The position numbers and the translations under genes were made by a program. Shown in pieces: positions 1-11,161 of a stretch of 39,904 nucleotides of DNA (the stretch's first letter is position 1; every line of letters starts with the position of its first letter). Source of the stretch: Sphaerodactylus townsendi (lineage: Eukaryota); NCBI RefSeq assembly GCF_021028975.2, contig NC_059428.1, forward strand, positions 7,960,097-8,000,000, given 5' to 3'. Under the pieces are notes generated by a model. It searched no databases, was not told where the DNA came from, and worked only from the letters and a program-made list of their open reading frames with translations.

Positions 1-66
1 CCCCAACCCCACCCCCCCCCATCCCCCCCCCCCCCCACCCCCGCCCCCCCCCCCCCCCCCCCCCCC

Positions 67-98
<32 letters not shown>
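1..98. repeat. Poly-C low-complexity tract (probable contig-edge or sequencing artefact)
   Basis: Nearly pure C run; it replaces the left terminus of the MITE that follows. Confidence 0.8.
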
Positions 99-99
<1 letters not shown>

Positions 100-103
<4 letters not shown>

Positions 104-228
104 CGAACCTATGGCACTCCAGATATCCATGGACTACAATTCCCATTATTCCCTGCCAGCATGCTGGCAGGGAATGATGGGAATTGTAGTCCATGGATAT
201 CTGGAGTGCCATAGGTTCGCCATCACAG
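100..228. mobile_element. Palindromic hAT-type MITE (GGACTACAATTCCC core family), left end lost
   Basis: 62-bp arms (100-161 / 162-223) with one mismatch and no loop; same family as 10201-10346, which has an 8-bp TSD. Confidence 0.85.
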
Positions 229-261
229 AGTTAGGTCATACCCCCAAAGGGTAAGAGAGAC

Positions 262-974
262 TGATAGAGGAGTCAGAAATGAATTATTCCATTTCTGATC
301 TTGCTGCTTAATAAAGGTGAAATTATGTTTTATTTCATTATAAGTTAGATAGGAACAAGTTGTACTAGGTAGAATGTAGGAATCAAAGTTGTATTCTGTA
401 TTTGTATCTGTATGGAACCTCCTTTGCCCAAGGCAGGAATCCACCCCTGCTCCACCTGGGCACGACCCTTTCATTTGCAAAAACCGTGAATGGACGTTTG
501 ACAAAAGGGACCCTGGAAGAAGCACCTCCATCTGCTTAATCCCACCAGCAGGCAGATTAGGGTGCCGTCGTCGTTAGGTTTTGTTTCCTGGTCCCGAGCA
601 CCCAAAGGACTCTTTTGTGTTTTTCCCGCCTGTGCCTACGTCGTCGCCTCGCCCTGCTTCTGCCGTGAAATTCAAGAAGGGACTGCCCTCTGGACTCTGA
701 TTGGTTCCTATGTATTTGTGAATAAATGATTGTAGGTTGTCCTGTACCCTCCCGGATTCCTGGGTGGGAGACTGTGTATAAAAGTCGTTGTAAAGCTGCG
801 AGGGAAGTTGCAGTTGCCGTGGTGTGGAGGTGCTGACACGTAGGTCAGCATCTCAATAAACTCATTTTTTTATTTTCACTATTCTCGCTGTGTCGGGTCC
901 TGTTTCTGTTCCTCTGCGCTGCCGAGAGCTGGCGGATCTGGGAGAATAAAAGTTACCCAGGCAGCGCGGTAGCA
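262..974 (+). mobile_element. Solo LTR (ERV/Gypsy-like)
   Basis: TG...CA ends; 4-bp TSD AGAC (258-261 / 975-978); TGATTGG about 698, TATAAAA 777-783, AATAAA 855-860. The 3' end GTTACC..GGCA..CGCGGTAGCA resembles the 3' end of the LTR at 11223-12287. Confidence 0.7.
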
Positions 975-990
975 AGACCAACTGAGGTTA

Positions 991-1283
991 TAAGAACCTA
1001 AGCAAGAGCCTGCTGGATCAGACCTGAATCCATCTAGTCCAGCTCTCTGCTACTCGCAGTGGCCCACCAGGTGCCTTTGGGAGCTCACGTGCAGGAGGTG
1101 AAAGCAATGGCCTTCTGCTGCTGCTGCTGCTCCTGAGCACCTGGTCTGCTAAGGCATTTGCAATCTCATCAAGGAGGATCAAGATTGGTAGCCAGAGATC
1201 GACTTCTCCTCCATAAATCTGTCCAAGCCCCTTTTAAAGCTATCCAGGTTAGTGGCTGTGGCAGCATATTCCAGAATAATCAT
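991..1283 (-). mobile_element. CR1 LINE 3' end, 5'-truncated
   Basis: Shares the 3' UTR and (TTCTTATG)n-type tail with longer CR1 copies in this window that encode RT C-terminal peptides. Confidence 0.85.
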
Positions 1284-2407
1284 CTTGGGCTCTTAGTTTG
1301 CCGAAGATCACAGGCTGCCCTTTCTGAGGCCAGAACTCCACAGTCTTTTTGCACAAGATCCACTGAGATCCTCCCGTAATTGGGACCTGCTGCAGCTGCT
1401 CCCACTGGTTTGTTTGTTTTCTTTCCCCAGAAGTATTTTGGGCAGCCCCCCCCCCCCCGCCTTCCTGAGAAAAACACTTTCATGGACTCTCCCTTGTTCA
1501 GGCACAGTCTCCGTCTGCAGTTGGGGAAATCAAATCAGGGTCACGGTGCGCAGTGCGGCAAAGTCAGGTAAGCACACAAACTGTTTGAAATACGAAGGGG
1601 ACTTTTTTGGGGGTGGGGGTTTCTTGGACTGACATCAGGAGCATGGAAAATCCTGAACGATGCAGGACCACTCCTCAGCTACAATACAGTGATGAAGAGA
1701 AAGATAGATAGATAAATAGTTTAATACGGCCAAAGGCCAGCAAAGACAAAACAAAACAACAGCACACATCCACAACAGCAAATTACAACAATTAGATGAA
1801 GAGAAAGCGTTCGCCGTTTGGACCTGAAGGATCTCCCCTTCCCACCGCATCCTGCATTTTGCTTCCAGAAACGTTTGCACGTTACAATTCCTTCCTGACT
1901 CTGCCGTCCCTTGCAATGCAGGACTGTTCAGTAAAAACATTTTTTGGGGAAAAAAACTTTTGTAGCCTGGCTGCCCCTTCTGGTGGGTATCCGGGCAGCA
2001 AAAGGAAACGGAGTGGTTTGTTATAGATATCTTTGGTTAAATGTCGTGTTTCTGAGGCCTCTTCCTGTAACTGGTTCCCCTGAATATGACAACGTCTTCA
2101 TGTCAATCTCGTCACTTTGACCTCCACTGATTTATTAATGTTTTTACCAATGCACGTGGTCAGGAAGCTGTGCAGATCTCAGTGGCAGATCTCTATGAGC
2201 TGGATCTGCCTGGCTTTGGTGCCAATAGACTGCCCAGTTTATGCTAGATTGGATTCGCCCCTTAAGGAGCTGCATGGCATAGTGGTTAAGTGCTTGCACT
2301 GCCACTCACACAGTCAGGAGTTTGAGCCCCCTGTGGGTCAGATATCCTGGCAGCTGGCTCATGGTCGACTCAGCCAGCCAGCCATTTCTTGGTCGGTGAG
2401 TACCTAG

Positions 2408-2942
2408 TGTAACCTCAGCTTGTGGGTTCTGTGGGGCAGAACTTGGAATGAGTTTGCAACAACAATTTTTAAAAACAAAAGGGTTTACTTTCTTAACACA
2501 TAACATTAACCATCAGCATTTAACATCACACTTCAAGGTCCTGTTCAGGTTGCATTTTCAAGTCCTTATATTTACAGTCTTCTGATACTGCCAAGTCCAA
2601 TTCTTCTTTGCAAGTGGGCTGGCTCCTGAAGACTCCAAGGGCTTGGTGAACCGGATTCAACATGATGAAGGTTTCCAGGAGAACTCTCACCCATTGCAAC
2701 CACAAAAAGAAGCCCTGAAACAATAAACTCCAACATTTACAACATAGCAAAAATAAACAACCACCTTCCCACTAGTCCCCAACAACATTGCAGTCACCTT
2801 AACAAGGTGTTAAGGGCTTATACAAACCAAGGTCCGAGTCTGGTAGCCTCGTCTCCTCCAAACCACATGAGCTCTGCAGCCTTCTGCTGCTTTGAGTCTC
2901 CATCCCTTTCTGGGTCAACCCATTCTGAGCATGGGGGTTACA
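2408..2942 (-). mobile_element. Solo LTR, family A, copy 1
   Basis: TGTAACC...GGTTACA termini; reverse complement of 14070-14605 and 29951-30472; flanks CTAG / CTTG. Confidence 0.9.
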
Positions 2943-3146
2943 CTTGCACTGCCACTCGCACAGTCAGGAGTTTGAGTCCCCTGTGGGTCAGATATCCTGG
3001 CAGCTGGCTCATGGTCAACTCAGTCATCCATCCATTTCTTGGTCAGTAAATGAGTACCTAGCTCATAGCTAGGGGGTAAAGAATAGCCAGGGAAAGCAAT
3101 GGCAAACTGCCCCACAAAAAGGCTTGCCTATAAAATCACTGCTCAC

Positions 3147-3680
3147 CCCATAGATTAAGGGAAGGGTTTTTTCCTTTGCATTTACTCTGTAAGTAAATGC
3201 GCTCTAAGAACGTGATGTCCTATTTTGTTATAGTTTGATATATATATTTTATGTACACAAATTTTTTAATTTAAAAATAATAATAAGAATAACAATTAAT
3301 TTTGAATGTTTCTTTTAAATACATTAACACTTTTTATATTTGAAATTAGGAAATAGATATGTAACAGATTAATTAATCTCAGAATTAAGCTTAAAGACAG
3401 ATTGAAAGGGTTAAATACAAATGTATAAAGCACTTAGGAATGCAACAATACTATTGAAGTTGATCAAAGAATTTATCCATTAAGGAAGGATTAATGAATA
3501 ATCAAAGGAAAATTACTCCTGAAGTACAGCAAGGAAGTCTTTTAATTTTGTTGTATAAAATGAGAGTTATAATAGATATTTGTGTGGTATTGTAACCAAA
3601 TATGGTATAAATTTTTGTTACATATCTGTGTAAACCACCTCTTCTTTTTTAACATTTCAATAAATTTTATTAAAAAAAAA
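3147..3680 (+). mobile_element. 5'-truncated L1-type (TPRT) insertion
   Basis: AT-rich body, AATAAA about 3659-3664, oligo-A tail 3672-3680, exact 16-bp TSD TAAAATCACTGCTCAC (3131-3146 / 3681-3696). Confidence 0.8.
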
Positions 3681-3740
3681 TAAAATCACTGCTCACAGTG
3701 GTACCCCAGGGTTGAACACGACTGAAGGGGAAACTTTACT

Positions 3741-3897
3741 TAGCCCCTTAAAGGCCAATAAGATATTGGAGGTATCCGCTTTTGATGGTCAAAGCTCCCT
3801 TCATCAGACACAAGCCGGAATGAGAATCCCTGAGTCCTTATACCTTCCTACTTTTTATCTTGTTGGTCTCTTAGGTGCTGCTGGACTTCAATGCAGT
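3741..3897. mobile_element. Penelope-like inverted-repeat relic with degenerate hammerhead motif
   Basis: Arms resemble 11162-11220 / 12340-12400 (GGTCTCTAAGGTGCT); CTGATGA on the - strand at 3801-3807, but the GAAA core reads AAAA. Confidence 0.55.
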
Positions 3898-3996
3898 TCA
3901 GCTCCCAACATGGGCTACCTGTGGTGGGCATTGGGGCAGCCAAAGGAAACAGATTGGTTTTAAAGGAACAGACCAACGGGCTACCCTCTGAAAGTA

Positions 3997-4468
3997 TAAG
4001 AACGTAAGAACATAAGAACAAGCCAGCTGGTTCAGACCAGAGTCCATCTAGTCCAGCTCTCTGCTACTCGCAGTGGCCCACCAGGTGCCTTTGGGAGCTC
4101 ACGTGCAGGGTGTGAAAGCAATGGCCTGCTGCGGCTGTTGCTCCCGAGCACCTGGTCTGCTAAGGCATTTGCAATCTCAGATCAAGGAGGATCAAGATTG
4201 GTAGCCATAAATCAACTTCTCCCTCCATAAATCTGACCAAGCCCCCTTTAAAGCTATCCAGGTGAGCGGCCATCACCACCTCCTGTGGCAGCATATTCCA
4301 AACACCAATCACACGTTGCGTGAAGAAGTGTTTCCTTTTATTAGTCCTAATTCTTCCCCCCAGCATTTTCAATGGATGCCCCCTGGTTCTAGTATTGTGA
4401 GAAAGAGAGAACAATTTCTCTCTATCAACATTGCATAATTTTATAGACTTCAATCATATCCCCCCTCA
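3997..4468 (-). mobile_element. CR1 LINE 3' fragment
   Basis: ORF 4160-4453 encodes the CR1 ORF2 C-terminus (TRTRGHPLK...FFTQRVIGVWNMLP); tail at 3997-4019. Confidence 0.92.
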
Positions 4469-4694
4469 TCTTCACGGAAGGCATCAATTTATGCCATATT
4501 CATACAGGATGGACTCGGAAAACTTCACTTTTAATGCAAAGGTGGTGAGTGTGAAAGCAAAGGGGAAAGAGTGTACAGACCCACAAGTATAAATAGTGGG
4601 GGAGGGGGCTGACGAACGGTGGCAACTTTTCCTGTCGGACTTCTATGTCTGCTAAGATGATGGTGGATATTTTACATAATATCGTTGTAGAAGG

Positions 4695-5654
4695 ATGATG
4701 TCCACCCTCAGCCTCAACATCAGTATTGTGAACCACCAAATCTTTGTCCTCGTGGGCATCCCTGGCATGGAGGAGGAGAACTCTTGGATGGCCTTCCCTC
4801 TCTGTCTGCTCTACATCCTGACTCTCTTTGGAAATGTGCTCATTCTCTTTGTTATCAAGACAGATCGGAGCCTTCACGAGCCCATGTACCTCTTCCTCTC
4901 CCTCCTCGCCTGCTCGGACTTGGGTGCCACTTTGTGCACCATGCCCACGATGCTGGGTGTTTACTGGTTTGGCTTCAAAGAGATCTCCTTCAATGCCTGC
5001 ATCGTTCAGATGTTCTTCATCCACCTGTTCCAATGGACAGAGTCTGGCATCCTGGTGGCAATGGCTTTGGACCGATCCGTTGCCATCAAAAACCCTCTGA
5101 GATACACTTCGCTTCTCTCAAATACAGTAATCGGAAAAATCGGACTAGCCATATTGGCAAGAGGTTTCTGTGTCTGTTTCCCTGCCCCGTTCCTTATCAA
5201 ACGACTCCCCTTCTGCGGGTCCAACATGCTATCTCACTCCTATTGTCTCCACCAGGATATCATGCATTTGGCCTGTGCAGACACTACAGTCAATATGTTG
5301 TATGGTTTGATTATAGTCATTTGTACATTATGTTTGGATGTCGCGATCATTCTAGTTTCTTATGCCCTGATCCTGAAGACCGTGCTGAGCGTTGCCTCCC
5401 GTGAAGAACGTTCCAGGTCTTTGAACACCTGTGTCTCCCATATCTGCGCCATCTTGATTTTTTATATGCCAATGGTTGGTGCCAGTGTAGTTCATCGGGT
5501 TGGACGGCACCTGTCTCCCATGGTTCACATGATGATGGCCAACATCTACATTGCGGTCCCACCTGTTCTTAATCCCATTGTTTACAGTGTGAAAACAAAA
5601 CAAATTCGACAAAGGATCTGCAAAATGTTCCAGCAAAACAAAATCAGGAGCTGA
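4695..5654 (+). CDS. Class I olfactory receptor (OR51/52 family), intact, 319 aa
   Basis: Single-exon 7TM ORF with OR motifs LHEPMY, MALDRSVAI.NPLRY, SHSYCLHQD, NTCVSH, PPVLNPIVYSVKTKQIR; class I signatures GIPG and HR.G. Confidence 0.96.
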   Translation: MMSTLSLNISIVNHQIFVLVGIPGMEEENSWMAFPLCLLYILTLFGNVLILFVIKTDRSLHEPMYLFLSLLACSDLGATLCTMPTMLGVYWFGFKEISFNACIVQMFFIHLFQWTESGILVAMALDRSVAIKNPLRYTSLLSNTVIGKIGLAILARGFCVCFPAPFLIKRLPFCGSNMLSHSYCLHQDIMHLACADTTVNMLYGLIIVICTLCLDVAIILVSYALILKTVLSVASREERSRSLNTCVSHICAILIFYMPMVGASVVHRVGRHLSPMVHMMMANIYIAVPPVLNPIVYSVKTKQIRQRICKMFQQNKIRS

Positions 5655-5871
5655 TATTTCTCCACTGGGACAACTGTGATAAAAGGGAAGTCACGATAAA
5701 AGCATTGCAATGAAAGCAAATACTAAAACAAGAAGAACTTATGTAAAATCTCTCAATGGTGTTTGGAATTAGTTAAATCCAAAGTAGAGTTCAAATGAAA
5801 AGGTTTGTATTGATAATAAGCTTGGGGAAATATCTATATTTCCATTGATCCGGCATTGTAGGGGTTAAAAT

Positions 5872-6262
5872 CAGAGGTGGGATCCAGCAGGTTCTCACAG
5901 GTTCCCGAGAGTAGGTTACTCATTATTTGTGTGTGCCGAGAGGGGGTTACTAATTGGTGATTTTGCCACGTGATTTTTGCCTTAGTTACGACCCTCCTCT
6001 CAGCAGTAGCGTGCAGAACTTGAAGCAGTCTAGCAGGAGGTGCACCGGTGTGCGTGGCAGCCTGCGCCTGCGTGCATTCGTTTCCCGCCCAAGGACCGGC
6101 GCAGCAGCTGCGTCTTGCCACAGCCCCTCCCAGGAATGCCCCGCCCCTGGAATTCCTGGCCACGCCCCCATCATGCCCTGCCCAGCCCCATTGGCACTAT
6201 GCCACAGTTTGAATCCCACCACCATGGGAACCTGTTACTAACATTTTTGGATCCCACCACTG
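5872..6262. mobile_element. Non-autonomous hAT element (CAGWGGTGGGATCC TIR)
   Basis: 15-bp TIR (14/15 match); exact 8-bp TSD GTTAAAAT (5864-5871 / 6263-6270). Confidence 0.92.
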
Positions 6263-6989
6263 GTTAAAATATTGCACTGCGAGCACCGGGGCCTGGCCTA
6301 TCTCTCTTAGCCTATTCTACCCCACAGGGTTGTTCTGAGGGTTCTGGTCTTGCTCCTACCACAATCTATCTACTTATGGGTAAATTAGAAAATGTGATTT
6401 GTAACAAACCACAGCTGCGTGTAATGAGCAGCTTGGAATGGATTTAAGTTACAGAAATGGTCTTTTGCAATATTGAGGTCTGGATGTGAGGCATGCAGTT
6501 CTTGGACATGAAAGTGAGTAATTTTGGATACACGTAAGTATGGCACAATAGTCTATAATTTATGAGCTTCGTTATATTTGTATAGTCTCGCAGATATAGT
6601 GCAATTATGGCATGATACTGAAGAAGACTCTGCAAAACATCCACAACGCTGAAGGCTTATTAGAAATCAGCCGGCAGCCACATGTGGATGTCTTGTTTTT
6701 CATGCTTCTTTGAGACCTTCTACAAACATTTATGTGCATCTTTCCAAGGCACCGCAGCCTCCTTCATGATCCCTGTTATAATTTCTGCATCCATTTGATG
6801 CATAACAGCCTTTTTTTCAAGTTCTGCAAGAGGTTCTGCATTTACTATTACATATAACAGATGAATGACCAAACACGGAAGGAAGTTCGCTTTCCTTTTA
6901 ACAACTAAACAAGGAAGGACATGCAAGTTGTTTTGGCACATTGCTTAGATAACCTGGTTAATCTCATTGAGAGCACTGCCACCTTATTA

Positions 6990-7129
6990 GGCCCCTTCCG
7001 CACATGCAGAATAATGCACTTTCAACCCACTTTGCAGCTGGATTTTACTGTGCGGAATGGAAAAATCCACTTGCAAACAACTGTGAAAGTGGATTGAAAG
7101 TGCGTTATTCTGCATGTGCGGAAGGGGCT
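6990..7129. mobile_element. PIF/Harbinger-type MITE
   Basis: Long TIR GGCCCCTTCCGCACATGCAGAATAA; 3-bp TSD TTA; second copy at 24562-24702. Confidence 0.85.
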
Positions 7130-7616
7130 TTAGACAACTGTAGACAATTGTAACAAATGTATATTTAATGTGGTTTCTATATGGTTTTTGTATTACATGT
7201 TTGGTGTATGTTTGTACACATATCACTTTTAGATATTTTTTTACACCACTTACTCTATTTTTCTGTCTTTTCTGTCTCCTCATTTTGTAGGCTACCATCA
7301 AGAATAAAATTCCAAAAACTATTTTATTTCCCCTTTTATTTTATTCTTTTTTTGCTAGCGTGTACAAGATGTAAGGCAAATGGATAGCATTTGCACTGCT
7401 AAGGAAAATCAGGGGGGAGTTCCAATATTTCACTGAACCAGAATAAGAGTGTATTTATAACTGGTAGGTAACTTCAAGGTTCCAAACAAATTATTTACAG
7501 AAATTAAAATAAAATCTAACTGAGGCACCAACTACTTTAAATAACTTCCAGTCAGCATAAAGTCATTCTGACCCCTTTCACTGTTACAATAAAACTATGT
7601 CACCCTTTGGCACACT

Positions 7617-7860
7617 CAGCAGTGGCGTAGGAGGTTAAGAGCGCATGTATCTAATCTGGAGGAACCGGGTTTGATTCCCAGCTCTGCTGCCTGAGCTGTG
7701 GAGGCTTATCTGGGGAATTCAGATTAGCCTGTACACTCCCACACACGCCAGCTGGGTGACCTTGGGCTAGTCACAGCTTCTCGGAGCTCTCTCAGCCCCA
7801 CCTACCTCACAGGGTGTTTGTTGTGAGGGGGGAAGGACAAGGAGATTCTTCTTCTTCTTC
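7617..7860 (+). mobile_element. tRNA-derived SINE (Squam3-like)
   Basis: A/B-box-like head (TGGCGTAGGAGG...GGTTTGATTCCC); multi-copy in this window; (TTC)n tail. Confidence 0.85.
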
Positions 7861-7978
7861 ATACAGTTTCTGTCCTTTTCTGACAGACTCCAATTCTTCC
7901 TCAGAGAGTTCTGACACTCTAACTCTGACAGTTTCTGTATTCCTCACAGATTAATACATCTCAAACTTACTTCAGTTT

Positions 7979-8183
7979 GGGGTGTTGTGGGTTTTCTGGG
8001 TTGTATGGCCGTGTTCCAGTAGCATTTTCTCCTGACGCTTCACCTGCATCTAGATCCTCTGAAGCTGCCAGCCACAGATGCAGGCGAAACGTCAGGAGAA
8101 AATGCTCTTGGAACACGGCCATACAACCCGGAAAACCCACAACACCCTAGTGATTCCAGCTGTGAAAGCCTTCGACAATACAT
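7979..8183. mobile_element. Penelope-like element, inverted pLTR structure
   Basis: 7979-8051 is the reverse complement of about 8076-8147; tail GAAAGCCTTCGACAATACA; related copy at 26361-26584. Confidence 0.75.
8055..8097 (+). ncRNA. Minimal type I hammerhead ribozyme motif with one core substitution
   Basis: Stem I TCCT/AGGA, CTGAAGC (consensus CUGANGA), stem II GCC/GGC, GAAA, palindromic AC-GT stem III, GUC cleavage triplet. Confidence 0.6.
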
Positions 8184-8286
8184 TAACTTCAATTTCCCCC
8201 TCTCTCTTTGTAAAAACCCACACCTAAGATTCCTCTCACACAGCTTCAACAACCCCCCCCCCCCCACACACACAGAGAACTCTCTC

Positions 8287-8778
8287 GGATGAAAAATAAA
8301 GTGGAATTAAGAAATGATCTATTATTATGGGAATAATTGATGATGAAAAAAATAGATATACAATATATAAATATGTACAAAACGTTGATTAGAGCAATAC
8401 ATGCAGTGATAGCGCTTGGATGGAAAGATTAAAAAAAATGGACGATTCAGAAATGGTTGGAATATATATGGGAACAAGCGACATTAGACATTTTTGAAAT
8501 ATTATCAAAGAATAAAACATGGCAAGAAAAACAGAATGAAATAATGAAGATATGGACAAGTTATGAGAATTGGATGAAGGAGACGGGAGTCAAAGAAGAC
8601 ATATGGACAAGAAGACAACAACGAATGAACTTACTGCTGTTTGGTTAAAGAAAAGTAAAACATGATATTAGGGGAGGGTGGGAGGAAAAAAAGGGAAAAT
8701 GTATTGTTTGGAAATTATATCAGAAAGATGTAAATAGAACGATTATTTCAAACTATACAATAAAAATATTTTTAAAAA
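8287..8778 (+). mobile_element. L1-like 3' fragment
   Basis: ORF2-like C-terminal peptide (AVIALGWK...KWLEYIWEQA), AATAAA about 8759, A-rich tail, approximate TSD ACACAGA...CTCTCTC. Confidence 0.6.
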
Positions 8779-8954
8779 ACACAGATCTCTCTCTCTGGCT
8801 TCACCCCTTTTATAATCTTTCTTCTTGCCCCTGCCCCACCTGCCCCGGCACCCCTCACCAAACTCAAACACAGCTCATGTGCCTTTTTAATGGTCATTCC
8901 CCTCCTATTCAGCACTCAGTTTAAAGACACACAAACCTACAATCATTTCAACCC

Positions 8955-9165
8955 AACCTTAAAATCGTTACAGTGACCCTATGAATCCCTGTCTTCCAAA
9001 TGTCCTTTTGTGAACAGCCTTGCTGAGGTTTTGCACACCGAAGGTAGCCGAGGCCTCCTTCCTTGAGGCCGTCCATCTCTTGGCGGCTCCTCCTCTTTCC
9101 AACTTTTCCTAGCGTTATTGTCTTTTCCAATGACTCTTCTTGCCTTCTCGTGACGTGACCGAAGT
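8955..9165 (-). mobile_element. RTE/BovB-like LINE 3' fragment
   Basis: Peptide LEKTITLGKV.GKRR...DG resembles the RTE C-terminus LEKTLMLGKIEG.RRRGR. Confidence 0.65.
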
Positions 9166-9382
9166 CTGGCCCTTTGAACTAGTAGGCGCTGTGCCCTTCT
9201 AAATCTATTTATTTATTTGCTTTCAATTTATTTATTTAATTTACTTGTTTATTTATTCGGTTTCTATCTTGGCCGTTTCCCGACCAAGGTTGGGTTTAGA
9301 ATTACACTGTAAGGTTTCTAAAATTGTAGATGGGGTGAAAAGAAACATGTTTTCTTTCTCTTTCCCAATAGAAAAAGCCACC

Positions 9383-9483
9383 CATTGGTGGGATTCAAAT
9401 GATTTAACAACTGGTTGTTTACAAGCACCATTTTAACAACCGGTTCTGCCGAAGAGGTGCGAACAGGCTGAATCCCACCACTG
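9383..9483. mobile_element. 101-bp hAT MITE (CAGTGGTGGGATTC TIR)
   Basis: Near-identical to 22138-22238; adjoins a fragment (9484-9565) similar to 32992-33065. Confidence 0.8.
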
Positions 9484-10200
9484 TGGCTGCCCATATGGGG
9501 GGTGGGAGTGGGGGTGGAAAACTCAGATTTTGCACCGGGCTACATTTTCCCTAGGTACCCCTCTGACTGGGAACTGCTGATGTAGAGGGGAAACGAGTGC
9601 TTATCTGTTTATCTCCACAAGCACTTCACAGTGAAACAAACAGTGTGTAGCTACTTCCTTCCTGCCTCTGTGTCACTCCTTTTCAATTACATTTTCTGCT
9701 TGCTTTAAAAAAAAAAACCCACCTATACTCTTTTCACAAGTTCTCAGTCCCGCTGGCAGCCCCGTAAAACAAAATACTGGCCGGGGTGGGGATTTTTTTG
9801 TCTTTCAGAACCCGGAGCTCCGTCTTTATTTCATTTGCATTGCAGGTTAAAAGGTTACTACAGCAAGGCCCCGTTAGGCTTGTGATACCACCGCCAAAAG
9901 GAAGTCACAGATATCACTTGGATTGTCCTCAGACATGGGGGACACCCCCCCCCCCCCACGAGGCCACAAAAGAAGCAGATTTGATTCCCCTCTCCTCCAC
10001 ATGAGTGGCAGACTCTAATCTGGAGAACTGGGTTTGATTCCCTACTCCTCCATGTGAAGCCTGCTGGGTGACCTTGGATTTATCATAGTTCTCTCCAAAT
10101 TCCCTCAGCCCCACCTACCTCACAAGGTGCTTGTACTTCCGTTCTGGTTTCTTTCTTTATTACGGTCACTGGACAAACAGAGAGGCTGATGTCCTTAGGA

Positions 10201-10346
10201 TAGTGGTGGCGAACCTTTGGCACTCCAGATGTTATGGACTACAATTCCCATCAGCCCCTGCCAGCATGGCCAATTGGCCATGCTGGCAGGGGCTGATGGG
10301 AATTGTAGTCCATAACATCTGGAGTGCCAAAGGTTCGCCACCACGG
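10201..10346. mobile_element. Palindromic hAT MITE (GGACTACAATTCCC core family)
   Basis: 71-bp perfect arms with no loop; exact 8-bp TSD CCTTAGGA (10193-10200 / 10347-10354). Confidence 0.95.
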
Positions 10347-10734
10347 CCTTAGGAGGAGGGGTGATACAGGCTCTGGGCTTTTTTGATCGACTGAAATATG
10401 CAGCGACTAGGATTGTGGGTGTCTGTGATATTCCAGTTCTAGAGGACATGGGGTAGGAATTTGCCTTGCTCTTTCCTCCCAATGCTCTGTCCCGTTGTGC
10501 TAACTTTTCCCATGTAATCTGCCTTCTGTTGCTGGCCTGCTGCTCTTGAGCCCTCGTCCCTTGTCCAGGCAAATTTCCCCCCAGGTTCTCCTGTGGACCC
10601 TGAAGCTTTACCTTCCTTGTTCCACCAAATGTCCTCGTCTTGTGAATCTGCCTCTTCCTCGTCCTGCTGTTCTTCAAGCTTGTTAGCTTCAGTAAGGTTT
10701 GGATCAGGGGCAGCCACATTAGGCTGCTGTAGGA

Positions 10735-11160
10735 CGGCTGGCCTCCACTCGGGCCAGAGTCTTTACGGCTCTGGCCCCTGCCTGGTGGAACACTCTCCCT
10801 CCAACTGTCCGGGCCCTGCGGGACCTTGGGGACTTCCGCAGGGCCTGTAAGACCGAGTTGTTCCACCGGGCGTTTGGAGAGGCCAGGCGCTGAGTGCCCC
10901 CCCCCCTAGGTTGGAATCCCAATATTAATGGGATCCATTATTAAGATCTATGGGTCCCTCATACCATTGGGACCATTACCCCCTCCTGCTAAAGGGATTA
11001 GGTTCAGGTGGGACGCCATCTTGATATATTATAACTGCTGTTTTTATTATAACTTATGGTTGCTTATGATGTTTTTATGTGATTTTATGTTGTACACCGC
11101 CCAGAGCCCTCCGGGGATTGGGCAGTATATCAAATTAAATAAATAAATAAATAATAATAA
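10735..11160 (+). mobile_element. L2-like LINE 3' end
   Basis: RVFTALAPAWWNTLP..VRAL.DL..FRRACKTELF-type C-terminus, 3' stem-loop region, (TAAA)n tail. Confidence 0.75.
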
Positions 11161-11161
11161 T

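Larger units (their letters stand above)
2264..3742 (+). mobile_element. Sauria-type SINE interrupted by a solo LTR, an internal duplication and an L1-type insertion
   Basis: tRNA-like head (TGGCATAGTGGTTAAG...GAGTTTGAGCCCC), central GTCGACTCAGCC...GAGTACC core, AATGGCAAAC segment and tail CACGACTGAAGGGGAAACTTTAC at about 3717-3740. Confidence 0.75.

Noticed and set aside
1630-2105. Possible LTR bounded by TGACA...TGTCA
   Set aside because: No TSD; the interior looks more like an old LINE 3' tail on the minus strand.
7617-7690. tRNA-like and 5S-like sequences (also about 27370, 31740, 39570)
   Set aside because: These are SINE heads, degenerate and attached to repeat bodies; not functional RNA genes.
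10131-10866. Identical peptide VVANLWHSRCYGLQFPSAPASMANW on both strands and at 13.8 kb
   Set aside because: A translation artefact of the palindromic MITE.
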